32,000 bases of DNA from an uncultured archaeon (GTDB lineage Archaea > Iainarchaeota > Iainarchaeia > Iainarchaeales > CSSED10-239). The notes under the pieces are model-generated. The model made no database searches. It saw only the letters and a list, made by a program, of their open reading frames with translations, and was not told where the DNA came from. The position numbers and the translations under genes are program-made. Positions 7,541 to 15,879 of this stretch are shown here, piece by piece; positions within the stretch are counted from its first letter, which is position 1; each line of letters opens with the position of its first letter. Location: contig CAZCAP010000002.1 of assembly GCA_964496765.1 (NCBI GenBank), positions 60,001 to 92,000 on the forward strand, given 5' to 3'.

Positions 7541-8449
7541 TTATTTTTTGTTGTCCAACAAATATAACAACTTATTGCTTGCTATGTATTTTGGGTTGAT
7601 TTTTCTGTTTTTTCCAATAAACCCGGTATACTTTTTTGGAATTTTAATATTTTTTGTTTTTAATTTTTCAATGTTGTTAACAATCGTTTTATTATTTGAC
7701 TTTTTTATTCTTTCAAGTATATAGTCATCTGTTTTATTAAAATCATCTTCCTCAATTAATTTTAATTTTATTGCTTTTTTAAGTACTTTAACGAACATCA
7801 TATAGTTTATCATGTGTTTTATTCCACCCCAATGATTCTCTGCAAAATACTTATAAACACCATAAAATTCTTTAGCACTCTTTTTATTTTTGAAAACAAT
7901 TTCCCCATCAACAACTGTCAGGTTCTTATATAATGTTGTAACCTTTTTTTTATCTTTTTTAAAAAATAAGAGTTCTCTTAGTGTGTAATCAATCCTATCA
8001 GCACAAAGGTCTGGTAGATTGTTTTCCAATAAAGTAAATCCCTTAAAGTCTGTTATATCTTTTATTTTATATTTATATTTCTTTAATATCTTCATAATCT
8101 CTTTATTTTTTTTAATGTATTTTTCAAAAACATCATCCCCATGGGATTCATTATTATTGTTAATGTAATAATCATAAACATGTGAAAAAGCTGTGTGAGA
8201 TATATCATGTAATAATCCAGCAATTTGTTCCTTTATTGGAGCGCCTAACCTATCCAATAACACCATCACCCCTATACTATGATCATATCTCATGAATTCT
8301 ACTCCATAATGCCATTCCTTAGGTAATCCTTGTTGTCTTATACCCTTAAGTCTCTGAACAGCTGGCGTTTTAATTAAATCAATAAGTACTTTTTCTTTAA
8401 TCTTATGTTTTCCGTATACTGCATCTATTATTTCCATATAATCAACCAA
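7541..8449 (-). CDS. HD-domain phosphohydrolase
   Basis: YDHSIGVMVLLDRLG...EQIAGLLHDISHTAFSHVYDY...LCADRIDYTLRELL; HD superfamily signatures. Confidence 0.9.
   Translation of the reverse strand: MVDYMEIIDAVYGKHKIKEKVLIDLIKTPAVQRLKGIRQQGLPKEWHYGVEFMRYDHSIGVMVLLDRLGAPIKEQIAGLLHDISHTAFSHVYDYYINNNNESHGDDVFEKYIKKNKEIMKILKKYKYKIKDITDFKGFTLLENNLPDLCADRIDYTLRELLFFKKDKKKVTTLYKNLTVVDGEIVFKNKKSAKEFYGVYKYFAENHWGGIKHMINYMMFVKVLKKAIKLKLIEEDDFNKTDDYILERIKKSNNKTIVNNIEKLKTKNIKIPKKYTGFIGKNRKINPKYIASNKLLYLLDNKK
7552..7570 (-). repeat. Dispersed motif TTGTTATATTTGTTGGACA, copy 2
   Basis: Exact reverse-strand copy at the 3' end of the HD gene, just before the recombinase gene. Confidence 0.85.
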
Positions 8450-8566
8450 ATTATTAAACCAATAATATTATGCCGAATTAATAATATAAACCTAACGCTT
8501 GTATATTTCTTAGTTTACTGGTCCATTTTCAGGTATTTAATACAAAAATAAAACCAAGGGGAGAAG

Positions 8567-8577
8567 GTATAAAAAGG
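8567..8577 (+). promoter_or_regulatory. Candidate TATA box for the adenosyltransferase/RNR/dUTPase cluster
   Basis: ...ggggagaaggtataaaaaggc..., a purine-rich BRE-like stretch followed by TATAAAAA, about 55-60 bp before the cobA-like start. Confidence 0.4.
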
Positions 8578-8629
8578 CAACCACCTATTAATCTATAACC
8601 TTTTAATTTTTTGATTTTTTTGATTAGTT

Positions 8630-9133
8630 ATGTTTACAATATACACTGGTAACGGAAAAGGTAAAACTACAGCTAGTTTGGGGTTATTAATTAGAGCTAA
8701 GGGGGCTGGATTTAACTGTTATTTAGTTAAATTCCTAAAAAAGCAAGAAAATAGTGAAAACAGTATACTATCTAAACTTGGAATCCCATACAAAATGTTT
8801 GGATCAAACAAATTTATTATTGATAAACCAACAAAAATAGATAAAGAAGAGGCCTCAAAAGCAATTATGTACGTGCAAAAACTAATAGATACAAAAAAAA
8901 TTGATTTATTAGTTCTTGATGAAATTAATCTTCTTATTTATTATAAGTTGTTTTCAATTAGGAAAATAAAGCAAATAATTAGTGTATGTGAAGAAAAAGA
9001 AATAGAATTAGTTTTCACTGGGAGATATGCAAGCAAAGACATTATTGAGATTGCAGATCTTGTCTCTGAAATAAAAGAAATAAAACATTATTACAATACA
9101 GGAATTAAAGCTAGAAAAGGAATTGAATATTAA
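8630..9133 (+). CDS. Cob(I)alamin (cob(I)yrinic acid a,c-diamide) adenosyltransferase
   Basis: MFTIYTGNGKGKTTASLGLLIRAKGAG (CobO/CobA/BtuR P-loop), LDLLVLDEINLLIYYKL, ELVFTGRYASKDIIEIADLVSEIKEIKHYYNTGIKARKGIEY. Confidence 0.92.
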   Translation: MFTIYTGNGKGKTTASLGLLIRAKGAGFNCYLVKFLKKQENSENSILSKLGIPYKMFGSNKFIIDKPTKIDKEEASKAIMYVQKLIDTKKIDLLVLDEINLLIYYKLFSIRKIKQIISVCEEKEIELVFTGRYASKDIIEIADLVSEIKEIKHYYNTGIKARKGIEY

Positions 9134-9157
9134 TAAAATACATAAAAGGTAATTATC

Positions 9158-11749
9158 ATGCTCACACAAATAAAAAAAATAACTAAGGTTAAGAAAAGAA
9201 CTGGAGAGACAGTAGATTTTAATAAAGATAAAATTAAACTCGCAATCTCGAAAGCAATGCTCGCAACAGACTCACACAACGAGCTTGTTCTTGAGTCTAT
9301 TGTTGATAAAATTGTGTTAGTTCTTGAATCTAAGTTTATAAATAAGATACCTTCTGTTGAGGATGTGCAGGATATTATCGAATATGTTTTAATTGCAAGC
9401 GAGCTTTCAACGGTTGCAAAAGCTTATATTTTATATCGTGAAGAAAGAAGAAAAGCAAGAGATAGTCAAGAAAAAATAATTGATTGTGATTTTGTTAAAG
9501 CTCTGAAAGAAAAGGGTGTGGATTTAAGTAAGCAGGCAGTAAATGTTTTAAATAACTCCACTCAATTCGTTGATCTAGGATTAATTATATTTTTAGATAG
9601 GTATTCCCTTAAAACAAAAAGAGAAGATATTAAAGAAGGGGATTTAATTATTTGTATAACCAAGGATGATTTCAAATATCCAAAGAAAGATATTGGTATT
9701 GTAAAAAGAATAGTTGATCATAATCTAATTTTACACATGATTACTGGATTGTATGCTGATGAAGCAAATAATTTTGAATTTACCCTAGAATTAAGTAAAT
9801 GTGAAAAGCCATCAGAAGCAGTAAATGACACTTATAAAAGAGTTGCAAAAGCGGTCGCTTCTGTTGAAAAAGATGAAACTAACAAAACAAAGTGGTTTGA
9901 GGAATTCTATACCCACCTAAAGTATGGATATATATCTCCTGGTGGGAGAATACTAACAGGTGCAAGTGTTGATGAACTTGGATATACATCTAATCTAACT
10001 TTATACAACTGCTTTGTAATTCCATCCCCTAAAGATTCCAGAAAATCAATCATCCAGGAATCAGCATATCACATGGTTGAAATATTTTCAAGGGGTGGTG
10101 GTGTTGGGATGTCCCTATCAACATTAAGACCAGCCTATGCTTACGTAATGGGTGTGCATGGAAGATCATCTGGTTCTGTTTCATGGGGTGGTTTATTTTC
10201 ATTTATTACTTCTTTAATTGAACAAGGAGGTTCAAGAAGAGGGGCTCTAATGTTAATGCTTGATGATTGGCATCCTGATATTTATAATTTTATTGATTCT
10301 AAAACAAAAACAGGAATTTTAGAGCATGCAAATATATCTGTTAAGGTTTCTGATTCATTTATGGAGGCTGTTAAAAATAATGAAAATTGGAATTTAGAGT
10401 TTCCAGATTATGAGAACCCAACCTATAAAGATATATACAATGAAGAATGGGACGGGGATTTAAAAGCCTGGAAAGAGAAAGGCTATCCTGTAAAGGTTTA
10501 TGGAACTGTTAAAGCAAAAGACATGTGGTTAAAAATAATAACTTCTGCTTGGAAAAGTGCAGAACCAGGAATTGTTTTCATGGAAAGATACAATAAATTA
10601 AGTAACAGTTATTATTATAATAAAATTGTTGCAACAAATCCCTGTGGAGAACAGGGACTTCCACCATGGGGGGTGTGTAACCTTGGGCACCTATATCTTG
10701 CATCTTTTACAGATAAAATTGGTGTTGATGAAATTGGTCCAGTTCATGAACTTAATTGGGATAAACTTAAAAAATCCGCAAGAGTATTAACTAGATTTTT
10801 AGATGATGTAATTGACTTAACACCTTATTTCTTTGAAGAAAATGAAAGATTGCAAAAAGCAGAAAGAAGAATTGGTGGTGGGACTTTAGGACTTGCTGAA
10901 TTATTGATTAAACTGAGAGTGAAATATGGAACACCAGAGAGTTTAAAGCTAATTGAAAAAATATATGAAACAATAACAAGCGAGATGTATTTAACTTCTG
11001 CTTTGTTAGCAGAAGAAAAGGGTTTCTTTCCAAAATTTGATAAAGAAAAATATTTAAATGGAAGATTTGTTAGAGAACTCCCAAAAGAAGTTTTAGACAA
11101 GATTAGAGAAAAAGGTATGAGGAACGTAAGTTTAACAACCCAGGCGCCAACAGGCTCAACAGGGACAATGCTCGGAACATCAACAGGAATTGAACCCTAC
11201 TTTGCATTTCAATTTTATAGGCAATCCAGACTTGGATTCCATAAAGTGAATACTCCTTTAGCTCAGGATTATGAAAAAAATGGAGTTCTTCCTGATTTCT
11301 TTGTATCTGCAATGGATTTAAGTCCAGATGATCACATAAAAGTCCAAGCAGCAATACAGAAATGGACAGATTCATCAATAAGCAAAACCGCAAATGTTCC
11401 TGCTGATTTCACTATTGAACAAACTGGAGAATTATATATTAAAGCCTATGAACTTGGATGTAAGGGTGTAACCATTTATAGAGACTCATCTAGAGATGAA
11501 CAAGTTCTTTCAATGGATGAAAATCAAGGAAAAAAGAATGAAGAATCAACAATAAAAAAAAGAGATGAAAAAAATAAAAAAAATAATCTAAGAGAAAAAG
11601 AACAAGCTCCAAATGAAAATGTAACCTATGGAGTAGATTCTGGAAATACCTGTCCAAATTGTAGGAAAGGTATAATGATTAAACTTGGTGGATGCACAGA
11701 GTGTTCGCAAGGGTGTGGGTTTAAGGGTGCCTGTGATCTTAAAACATAA
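9158..11749 (+). CDS. nrdJ: Adenosylcobalamin-dependent (class II) ribonucleoside-diphosphate reductase with N-terminal ATP-cone
   Basis: ATP-cone (VKKRTGETVDFNKDKIKLAISKAM), NPCGEQGLPPWGVCNLGHLYL, APTGSTGTMLGTSTGIEPYFAFQFYR, and C-terminal Cys-rich segment CPNCRKGIMIKLGGCTECSQGCGFKGACD. Confidence 0.95.
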   Translation: MLTQIKKITKVKKRTGETVDFNKDKIKLAISKAMLATDSHNELVLESIVDKIVLVLESKFINKIPSVEDVQDIIEYVLIASELSTVAKAYILYREERRKARDSQEKIIDCDFVKALKEKGVDLSKQAVNVLNNSTQFVDLGLIIFLDRYSLKTKREDIKEGDLIICITKDDFKYPKKDIGIVKRIVDHNLILHMITGLYADEANNFEFTLELSKCEKPSEAVNDTYKRVAKAVASVEKDETNKTKWFEEFYTHLKYGYISPGGRILTGASVDELGYTSNLTLYNCFVIPSPKDSRKSIIQESAYHMVEIFSRGGGVGMSLSTLRPAYAYVMGVHGRSSGSVSWGGLFSFITSLIEQGGSRRGALMLMLDDWHPDIYNFIDSKTKTGILEHANISVKVSDSFMEAVKNNENWNLEFPDYENPTYKDIYNEEWDGDLKAWKEKGYPVKVYGTVKAKDMWLKIITSAWKSAEPGIVFMERYNKLSNSYYYNKIVATNPCGEQGLPPWGVCNLGHLYLASFTDKIGVDEIGPVHELNWDKLKKSARVLTRFLDDVIDLTPYFFEENERLQKAERRIGGGTLGLAELLIKLRVKYGTPESLKLIEKIYETITSEMYLTSALLAEEKGFFPKFDKEKYLNGRFVRELPKEVLDKIREKGMRNVSLTTQAPTGSTGTMLGTSTGIEPYFAFQFYRQSRLGFHKVNTPLAQDYEKNGVLPDFFVSAMDLSPDDHIKVQAAIQKWTDSSISKTANVPADFTIEQTGELYIKAYELGCKGVTIYRDSSRDEQVLSMDENQGKKNEESTIKKRDEKNKKNNLREKEQAPNENVTYGVDSGNTCPNCRKGIMIKLGGCTECSQGCGFKGACDLKT

Positions 11750-11770
11750 TAAAATGTAATTTGATAAAAT

Positions 11771-12208
11771 ATGATTAAAGTAAAAAGATTAACAGAAAGT
11801 GCAAGACTTCCAGAAAAAGCACATGAAACAGATGCTGGGTTTGATTTATTTTCAGATGTTGACCTAGTTATTCCTCCAAAATCTAGAGGAACAGTATCTA
11901 CGGGAATCACAATGGTACTTCCAGAGATACCCTATCCAATTTTTAATACTTATTTGAGAATTGCTCCTAGAAGTGGATTATCCGCAAAGAAAGGAATAGA
12001 TGTTTTTGCAGGAGTAATTGATTTAGAATATAGAGGAGAACTATTAGTTTGCCTTTTCAATTCCAGTGATGAAGTGTTTGAAATAAAGAAGGGAGATAAA
12101 ATTGCTCAAATAATCCCAACAATTATTTTAAATGATAAAATTCAAGAAGTAGAAGAGATAGATGACACAGAGAGGGGAGCAAAAGGTTTTGGCTCTTCTG
12201 GTCAATAA
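11771..12208 (+). CDS. dut: dUTP diphosphatase (dUTPase)
   Basis: HETDAGFDLFSD, RIAPRSGLSAKKGIDVFAGVIDLEYRGEL, KGDKIAQIIP, RGAKGFGSSG; the canonical dUTPase motifs. Confidence 0.95.
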   Translation: MIKVKRLTESARLPEKAHETDAGFDLFSDVDLVIPPKSRGTVSTGITMVLPEIPYPIFNTYLRIAPRSGLSAKKGIDVFAGVIDLEYRGELLVCLFNSSDEVFEIKKGDKIAQIIPTIILNDKIQEVEEIDDTERGAKGFGSSGQ

Positions 12209-12214
12209 CCTTTC

Positions 12215-12233
12215 TTGTTATATTTCTTGGACA
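12215..12233 (+). repeat. Dispersed motif, one-mismatch copy TTGTTATATTTCTTGGACA
   Basis: Immediately downstream of the dut stop codon. Confidence 0.7.
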
Positions 12234-12349
12234 CTTTCTTTCTATTTTTATTTATTTAGCTTAAATAAACCTCTTTTTAAGTTTAATTTCTCCTATATTA
12301 TATACAGATACTAAAATCTAATTATTAATATAAATGAGGTGTATGAATT

Positions 12350-13051
12350 ATGGAAAGAGTTCCAACAGGAGTAAAAGGTTTTGATGAATTAATCCAGGGA
12401 GGTATTCCAAAAGGTGGTACCGTTCTTGTATCAGGAGGAACTGGTTCAGGTAAAACTATTTTTGCAACAACTTTTATTTATGAGGGTGCAAGAAAATACG
12501 GAGAACCAGGTTTAATAGTTACAGTTGAAGATAATCTAAAAAACTTTGTATGGAATATGGAAAACTTTGGATGGGATATTAAATCTCTAGAAGAAAAAAA
12601 TCTAATGAAAATATACAGAATGCACATTGATCCAAGAAAACCAGTGGAACCACAAATAGATAAGGAACTAGATATAATCACATCAATGGTTAAAGATTTA
12701 GGGGCAGTTAGGCTCGCTGTTGATTCAACAACCGCTTTTGGTGCTTGGATGTCAGACATTGGAAAACTAAGAAATCTTTTGTTTAGGTTTTCAGATACTC
12801 TAAAAGATTTAAATTGTACAACTGTTCTCACTGCAGAAACAAACGGTCAGGATTTTTCTGCCTATGGTGTTGAAGAATTCGTTGTTGATGGAATTTTTAT
12901 GATGTATTTTATTCCTCCAAACAGATCAATGTTTGTTAGAAAACTAAGAGGAACAAGACACTCATTAACAGTTCATCCTTGTCAGATAACATCCACAGGA
13001 GTAGAAATAAATCCAAAAGATGAAATCATGTGGAGTGCAATCAAGCAATAG
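12350..13051 (+). CDS. KaiC-like RecA-superfamily ATPase
   Basis: VPTGVKGFDELIQGGIPKGGTVLVSGGTGSGKTIFATTFIYEGARKYGEPGLIVTVEDN; GGTG ribosome-binding site just upstream. Confidence 0.9.
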   Translation: MERVPTGVKGFDELIQGGIPKGGTVLVSGGTGSGKTIFATTFIYEGARKYGEPGLIVTVEDNLKNFVWNMENFGWDIKSLEEKNLMKIYRMHIDPRKPVEPQIDKELDIITSMVKDLGAVRLAVDSTTAFGAWMSDIGKLRNLLFRFSDTLKDLNCTTVLTAETNGQDFSAYGVEEFVVDGIFMMYFIPPNRSMFVRKLRGTRHSLTVHPCQITSTGVEINPKDEIMWSAIKQ

Positions 13052-13134
13052 TAAATTTTTTTGATTATCTTTTGCTCAAGAGATATATTTATAAATGTGT
13101 AGTTCATAATTTATTTATTAATATAAAAATTAAA

Positions 13135-13482
13135 GGTGAAAATAATGATAATTATACAGTTACAGTTAATGCTACTGCAAATTGTTTAGATTTTAATATG
13201 GATAAACCAACAGGGGTTGGGAAAAAAATTACTTTTGCTGGAATTAATGCCACAGGAAATGCAAAAAGTGTTTTAAATAATGTCGAAAACACTATAGTTA
13301 TAACTAGTAGTGATTCTGAACCATTACAAGACCCTGGTACTGATGCGGCTGGGTTCGGGTTTTGCTGTAGTGGTGCAACTGCTGGCGGTGGATGGCTAGA
13401 ATGTTCCGCTGTAAATTGTGTTCCTGATTGTGTTAATATTTGTGCGGGATGGGTAAGTACAAAGACTTATAACCCACAATAA
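13135..13482 (+). CDS. Small Cys-rich hypothetical protein; start uncertain
   Basis: Frame of track ORF 13030..13482, but the probable promoter (tatatttataaa, ~13084-13095) and GGTGA (13135) indicate a start near 13140-13198. Product includes ...FCCSGATAGGGWLECSAVNCVPDCVNICAGWVSTKTYNPQ. Confidence 0.6.
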   Translation, partial: GENNDNYTVTVNATANCLDFNMDKPTGVGKKITFAGINATGNAKSVLNNVENTIVITSSDSEPLQDPGTDAAGFGFCCSGATAGGGWLECSAVNCVPDCVNICAGWVSTKTYNPQ

Positions 13483-13491
13483 ATAATTAGT

Positions 13492-15693
13492 TTAAGCAAT
13501 TCCCTTATCTTCTTGGGTTTTGCTTTTCTTATTATTTCCTTTTTTTTCTTTTTCTATTTCCATAATCTTATCAATCGCACTATTGAAATCTTCTTTTGTT
13601 ATTCTTATCTCTGATTTATCTTTTTTGTGTTCTTCAATAATAGCTCTTCTTATTGCCATCATTCCTGCTTCTCTTGCAATTGCTTCAATATCAGCACCAC
13701 TAGTTCCTTCTGTTTTTTTTGCAAGCTCTTTAGGTGTTATCTTATTATCTATTTTCATGGTCTTTAAATAAACTTCAAATATTTTTTCCCTTGATTGAAT
13801 ATTAGGAAGAGGAACATACATTTTAATATCAAATCTTCCTGGTCTTAGGAATGCCTGATCAATTATATCAGCTCTGTTCGTTGCACCAATAATAACAATA
13901 TCTTTGAGATTAGATATTCCATCCATTTCTGTTAATATTTGAGCAACCACGTTATTCTGAACACCACTTGACATGTCATTGCTTGTTCTTGTGCTTGTTA
14001 TTGCATCAATCTCATCAAAAAAGATGATTGATGGAGCAAGTTGTCTTGCTTTCTTAAACAATTCTCTTATTTTCTTTTCAGATTCTCCAACCCATTTATT
14101 AAAGATCTCTGGACCCTTAACAGAAATAAAGTTCGCATTTGATTCTGTTGCAACTGCTTTTGCTAGAAGTGTTTTTCCTGTTCCTGGAGGTCCATAAAGA
14201 AGAATTCCTTTTGGAGCATCAATTCCAATATCTTTAAATAAATCTTTGTGCTTTAGTGGCCATTCAATCATTTCCTTTAATTGTTGCTTTTGTTCTTCTA
14301 GTCCACCTATGTCATTCCAAGAAACATTAGGTATTTGAACAATCACTTCTCTAATTGCACTTGGTTCAACAACATTTAATGCATCTAAAAAATCAGTGTG
14401 TGTTATAACAAGCTCATCAAGAAGTTCTCTTGATAGGTGTTTGCTTGACTCTTTACTTATTTTTGGCATTAATCTTTTAATTGCTTTTAGTGCAGCTTCC
14501 TTACAAAGCGCATTAAGGTCAGCACCAGAAAAGCCATTAGTTAATTCAACAATTTCATTTAGGTTTACGTTTACAAGTGGCATACCTCTAATGTGTACTT
14601 GTAATATTTCTGTTCTCCCGATCCTATCAGGTATACTTATTTCAAGTTCCCTATCAAACCTTCCAGGTCTTCTTAGAGCGGGATCAACTGCTTCTGGTAT
14701 GTTTGTTGCTCCAATCACAACCACATCCCCACGATTAGACATTCCATCCATTAGTGTAAGAAGCTGAGCAACAATTCTTTTTTCTGTCTCTCCATGTATG
14801 TTCTCTCTTCTAGGTGCAATCGCATCAATTTCATCAATAAAAATAATTGCTGGTGCCTTTTCTTCTGCTTCCTTAAATATGTTTCTTAAATTTTCTTCGG
14901 ATTTCCCATAAACCCCAGAAACAATTTCTGGTCCATTAATTGTTGTGAAGTAGGCATCAGTTTCTCCTGCAACTGCTTTTGCTAGAAGTGTTTTTCCTGT
15001 TCCTGGTGGGCCATAGAGAAGAACACCTTTAGGTGGGGATATTCCGAGTTTTTTAAATATTTCTGGTCTTTTTATTGGTAGTTCAACCATTTCTCTAATT
15101 GCTTCTATTTCTTTTCTAAGACCACCAATATCATCATAGGTTATGCTTATCTTATGTGCTTGCTCTGGTTCTTCTGAAACAACTAGTTTTGTATCATCTG
15201 TTATTCTTACTGCTCCTTTAGGAATTGTTTTAGTTACAATTAATTGCAGATCTCTGTATCCATCAGCAGTGAGAATAGGTAATCCTGGTATCTTAATCAT
15301 ATTATTTTCAATAATATTTTGATTAACTATTTTGTCTTTAATATACCCAATAATGTCTGAACTTAATTTTATTTTTTTATCTTTATCAATAACTGGTGCT
15401 AGGTTAACTGTGTTTGCTCCTGTACAAATCACTTTTTCAATGTAAACATCCTCATCAATTCCTGCACCTATATTGTATCTAATTAGGCCATCAATTCTTA
15501 TTGTATTTAACCCAGTATCTTCCACATTTCCTTTGATTGCATAAACAATTGCTGATTTTATTCCATCTATCTTTAGAGTATCCCCTGCAGATAGCTTAAG
15601 CTTATCAAAAACAATTGGATCAATTTTAGCTATTCCTTTTCCTACATCTTTAATATCGTTTTCCTTAACAGTAAGAATTATTTTTTCTGGCAT
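13492..15693 (-). CDS. CDC48/VCP-like AAA+ ATPase with two AAA domains
   Basis: N-terminal double-psi barrel region; [27 protein letters not shown] and [27 protein letters not shown] Walker A motifs; SRH regions in both AAA modules. Confidence 0.96.
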   Translation of the reverse strand: MPEKIILTVKENDIKDVGKGIAKIDPIVFDKLKLSAGDTLKIDGIKSAIVYAIKGNVEDTGLNTIRIDGLIRYNIGAGIDEDVYIEKVICTGANTVNLAPVIDKDKKIKLSSDIIGYIKDKIVNQNIIENNMIKIPGLPILTADGYRDLQLIVTKTIPKGAVRITDDTKLVVSEEPEQAHKISITYDDIGGLRKEIEAIREMVELPIKRPEIFKKLGISPPKGVLLYGPPGTGKTLLAKAVAGETDAYFTTINGPEIVSGVYGKSEENLRNIFKEAEEKAPAIIFIDEIDAIAPRRENIHGETEKRIVAQLLTLMDGMSNRGDVVVIGATNIPEAVDPALRRPGRFDRELEISIPDRIGRTEILQVHIRGMPLVNVNLNEIVELTNGFSGADLNALCKEAALKAIKRLMPKISKESSKHLSRELLDELVITHTDFLDALNVVEPSAIREVIVQIPNVSWNDIGGLEEQKQQLKEMIEWPLKHKDLFKDIGIDAPKGILLYGPPGTGKTLLAKAVATESNANFISVKGPEIFNKWVGESEKKIRELFKKARQLAPSIIFFDEIDAITSTRTSNDMSSGVQNNVVAQILTEMDGISNLKDIVIIGATNRADIIDQAFLRPGRFDIKMYVPLPNIQSREKIFEVYLKTMKIDNKITPKELAKKTEGTSGADIEAIAREAGMMAIRRAIIEEHKKDKSEIRITKEDFNSAIDKIMEIEKEKKGNNKKSKTQEDKGIA

Positions 15694-15730
15694 AATTGGT
15701 TTCTCTTTTTTTAAATTTCTATATTTTTAG

Positions 15731-15749
15731 TGTCCAACAAATATAACAA
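15731..15749 (-). repeat. Dispersed motif copy TTGTTATATTTGTTGGACA (reverse strand)
   Basis: Exact 19-nt match to the copies at 3884 and 7552; located between topA and cdc48. Confidence 0.85.
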
Positions 15750-15771
15750 AAAACACTTTATTATATTTTTG

Positions 15772-15788
15772 TTATCCTAATAGGATAA
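15772..15788. promoter_or_regulatory. Perfect 8-bp-arm palindrome TTATCCTA-A-TAGGATAA, candidate operator
   Basis: Direct reading of plus strand in the topA-cdc48 intergenic region. Confidence 0.4.
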
Positions 15789-15879
15789 GGAGGCACAGGA
15801 TTAAAAGGTTTTTGGAAAAAGCTTATAAAATTTTCATAAAATATAACTAGTTTATTACTAAAAGTGAGTATTTGTATAG

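Noticed and set aside
10825-11910. Reverse ORFs 10825..11100, 11103..11393 and 11626..11910
   Set aside because: Antisense to nrdJ/dut, whose sense frames carry diagnostic motifs.
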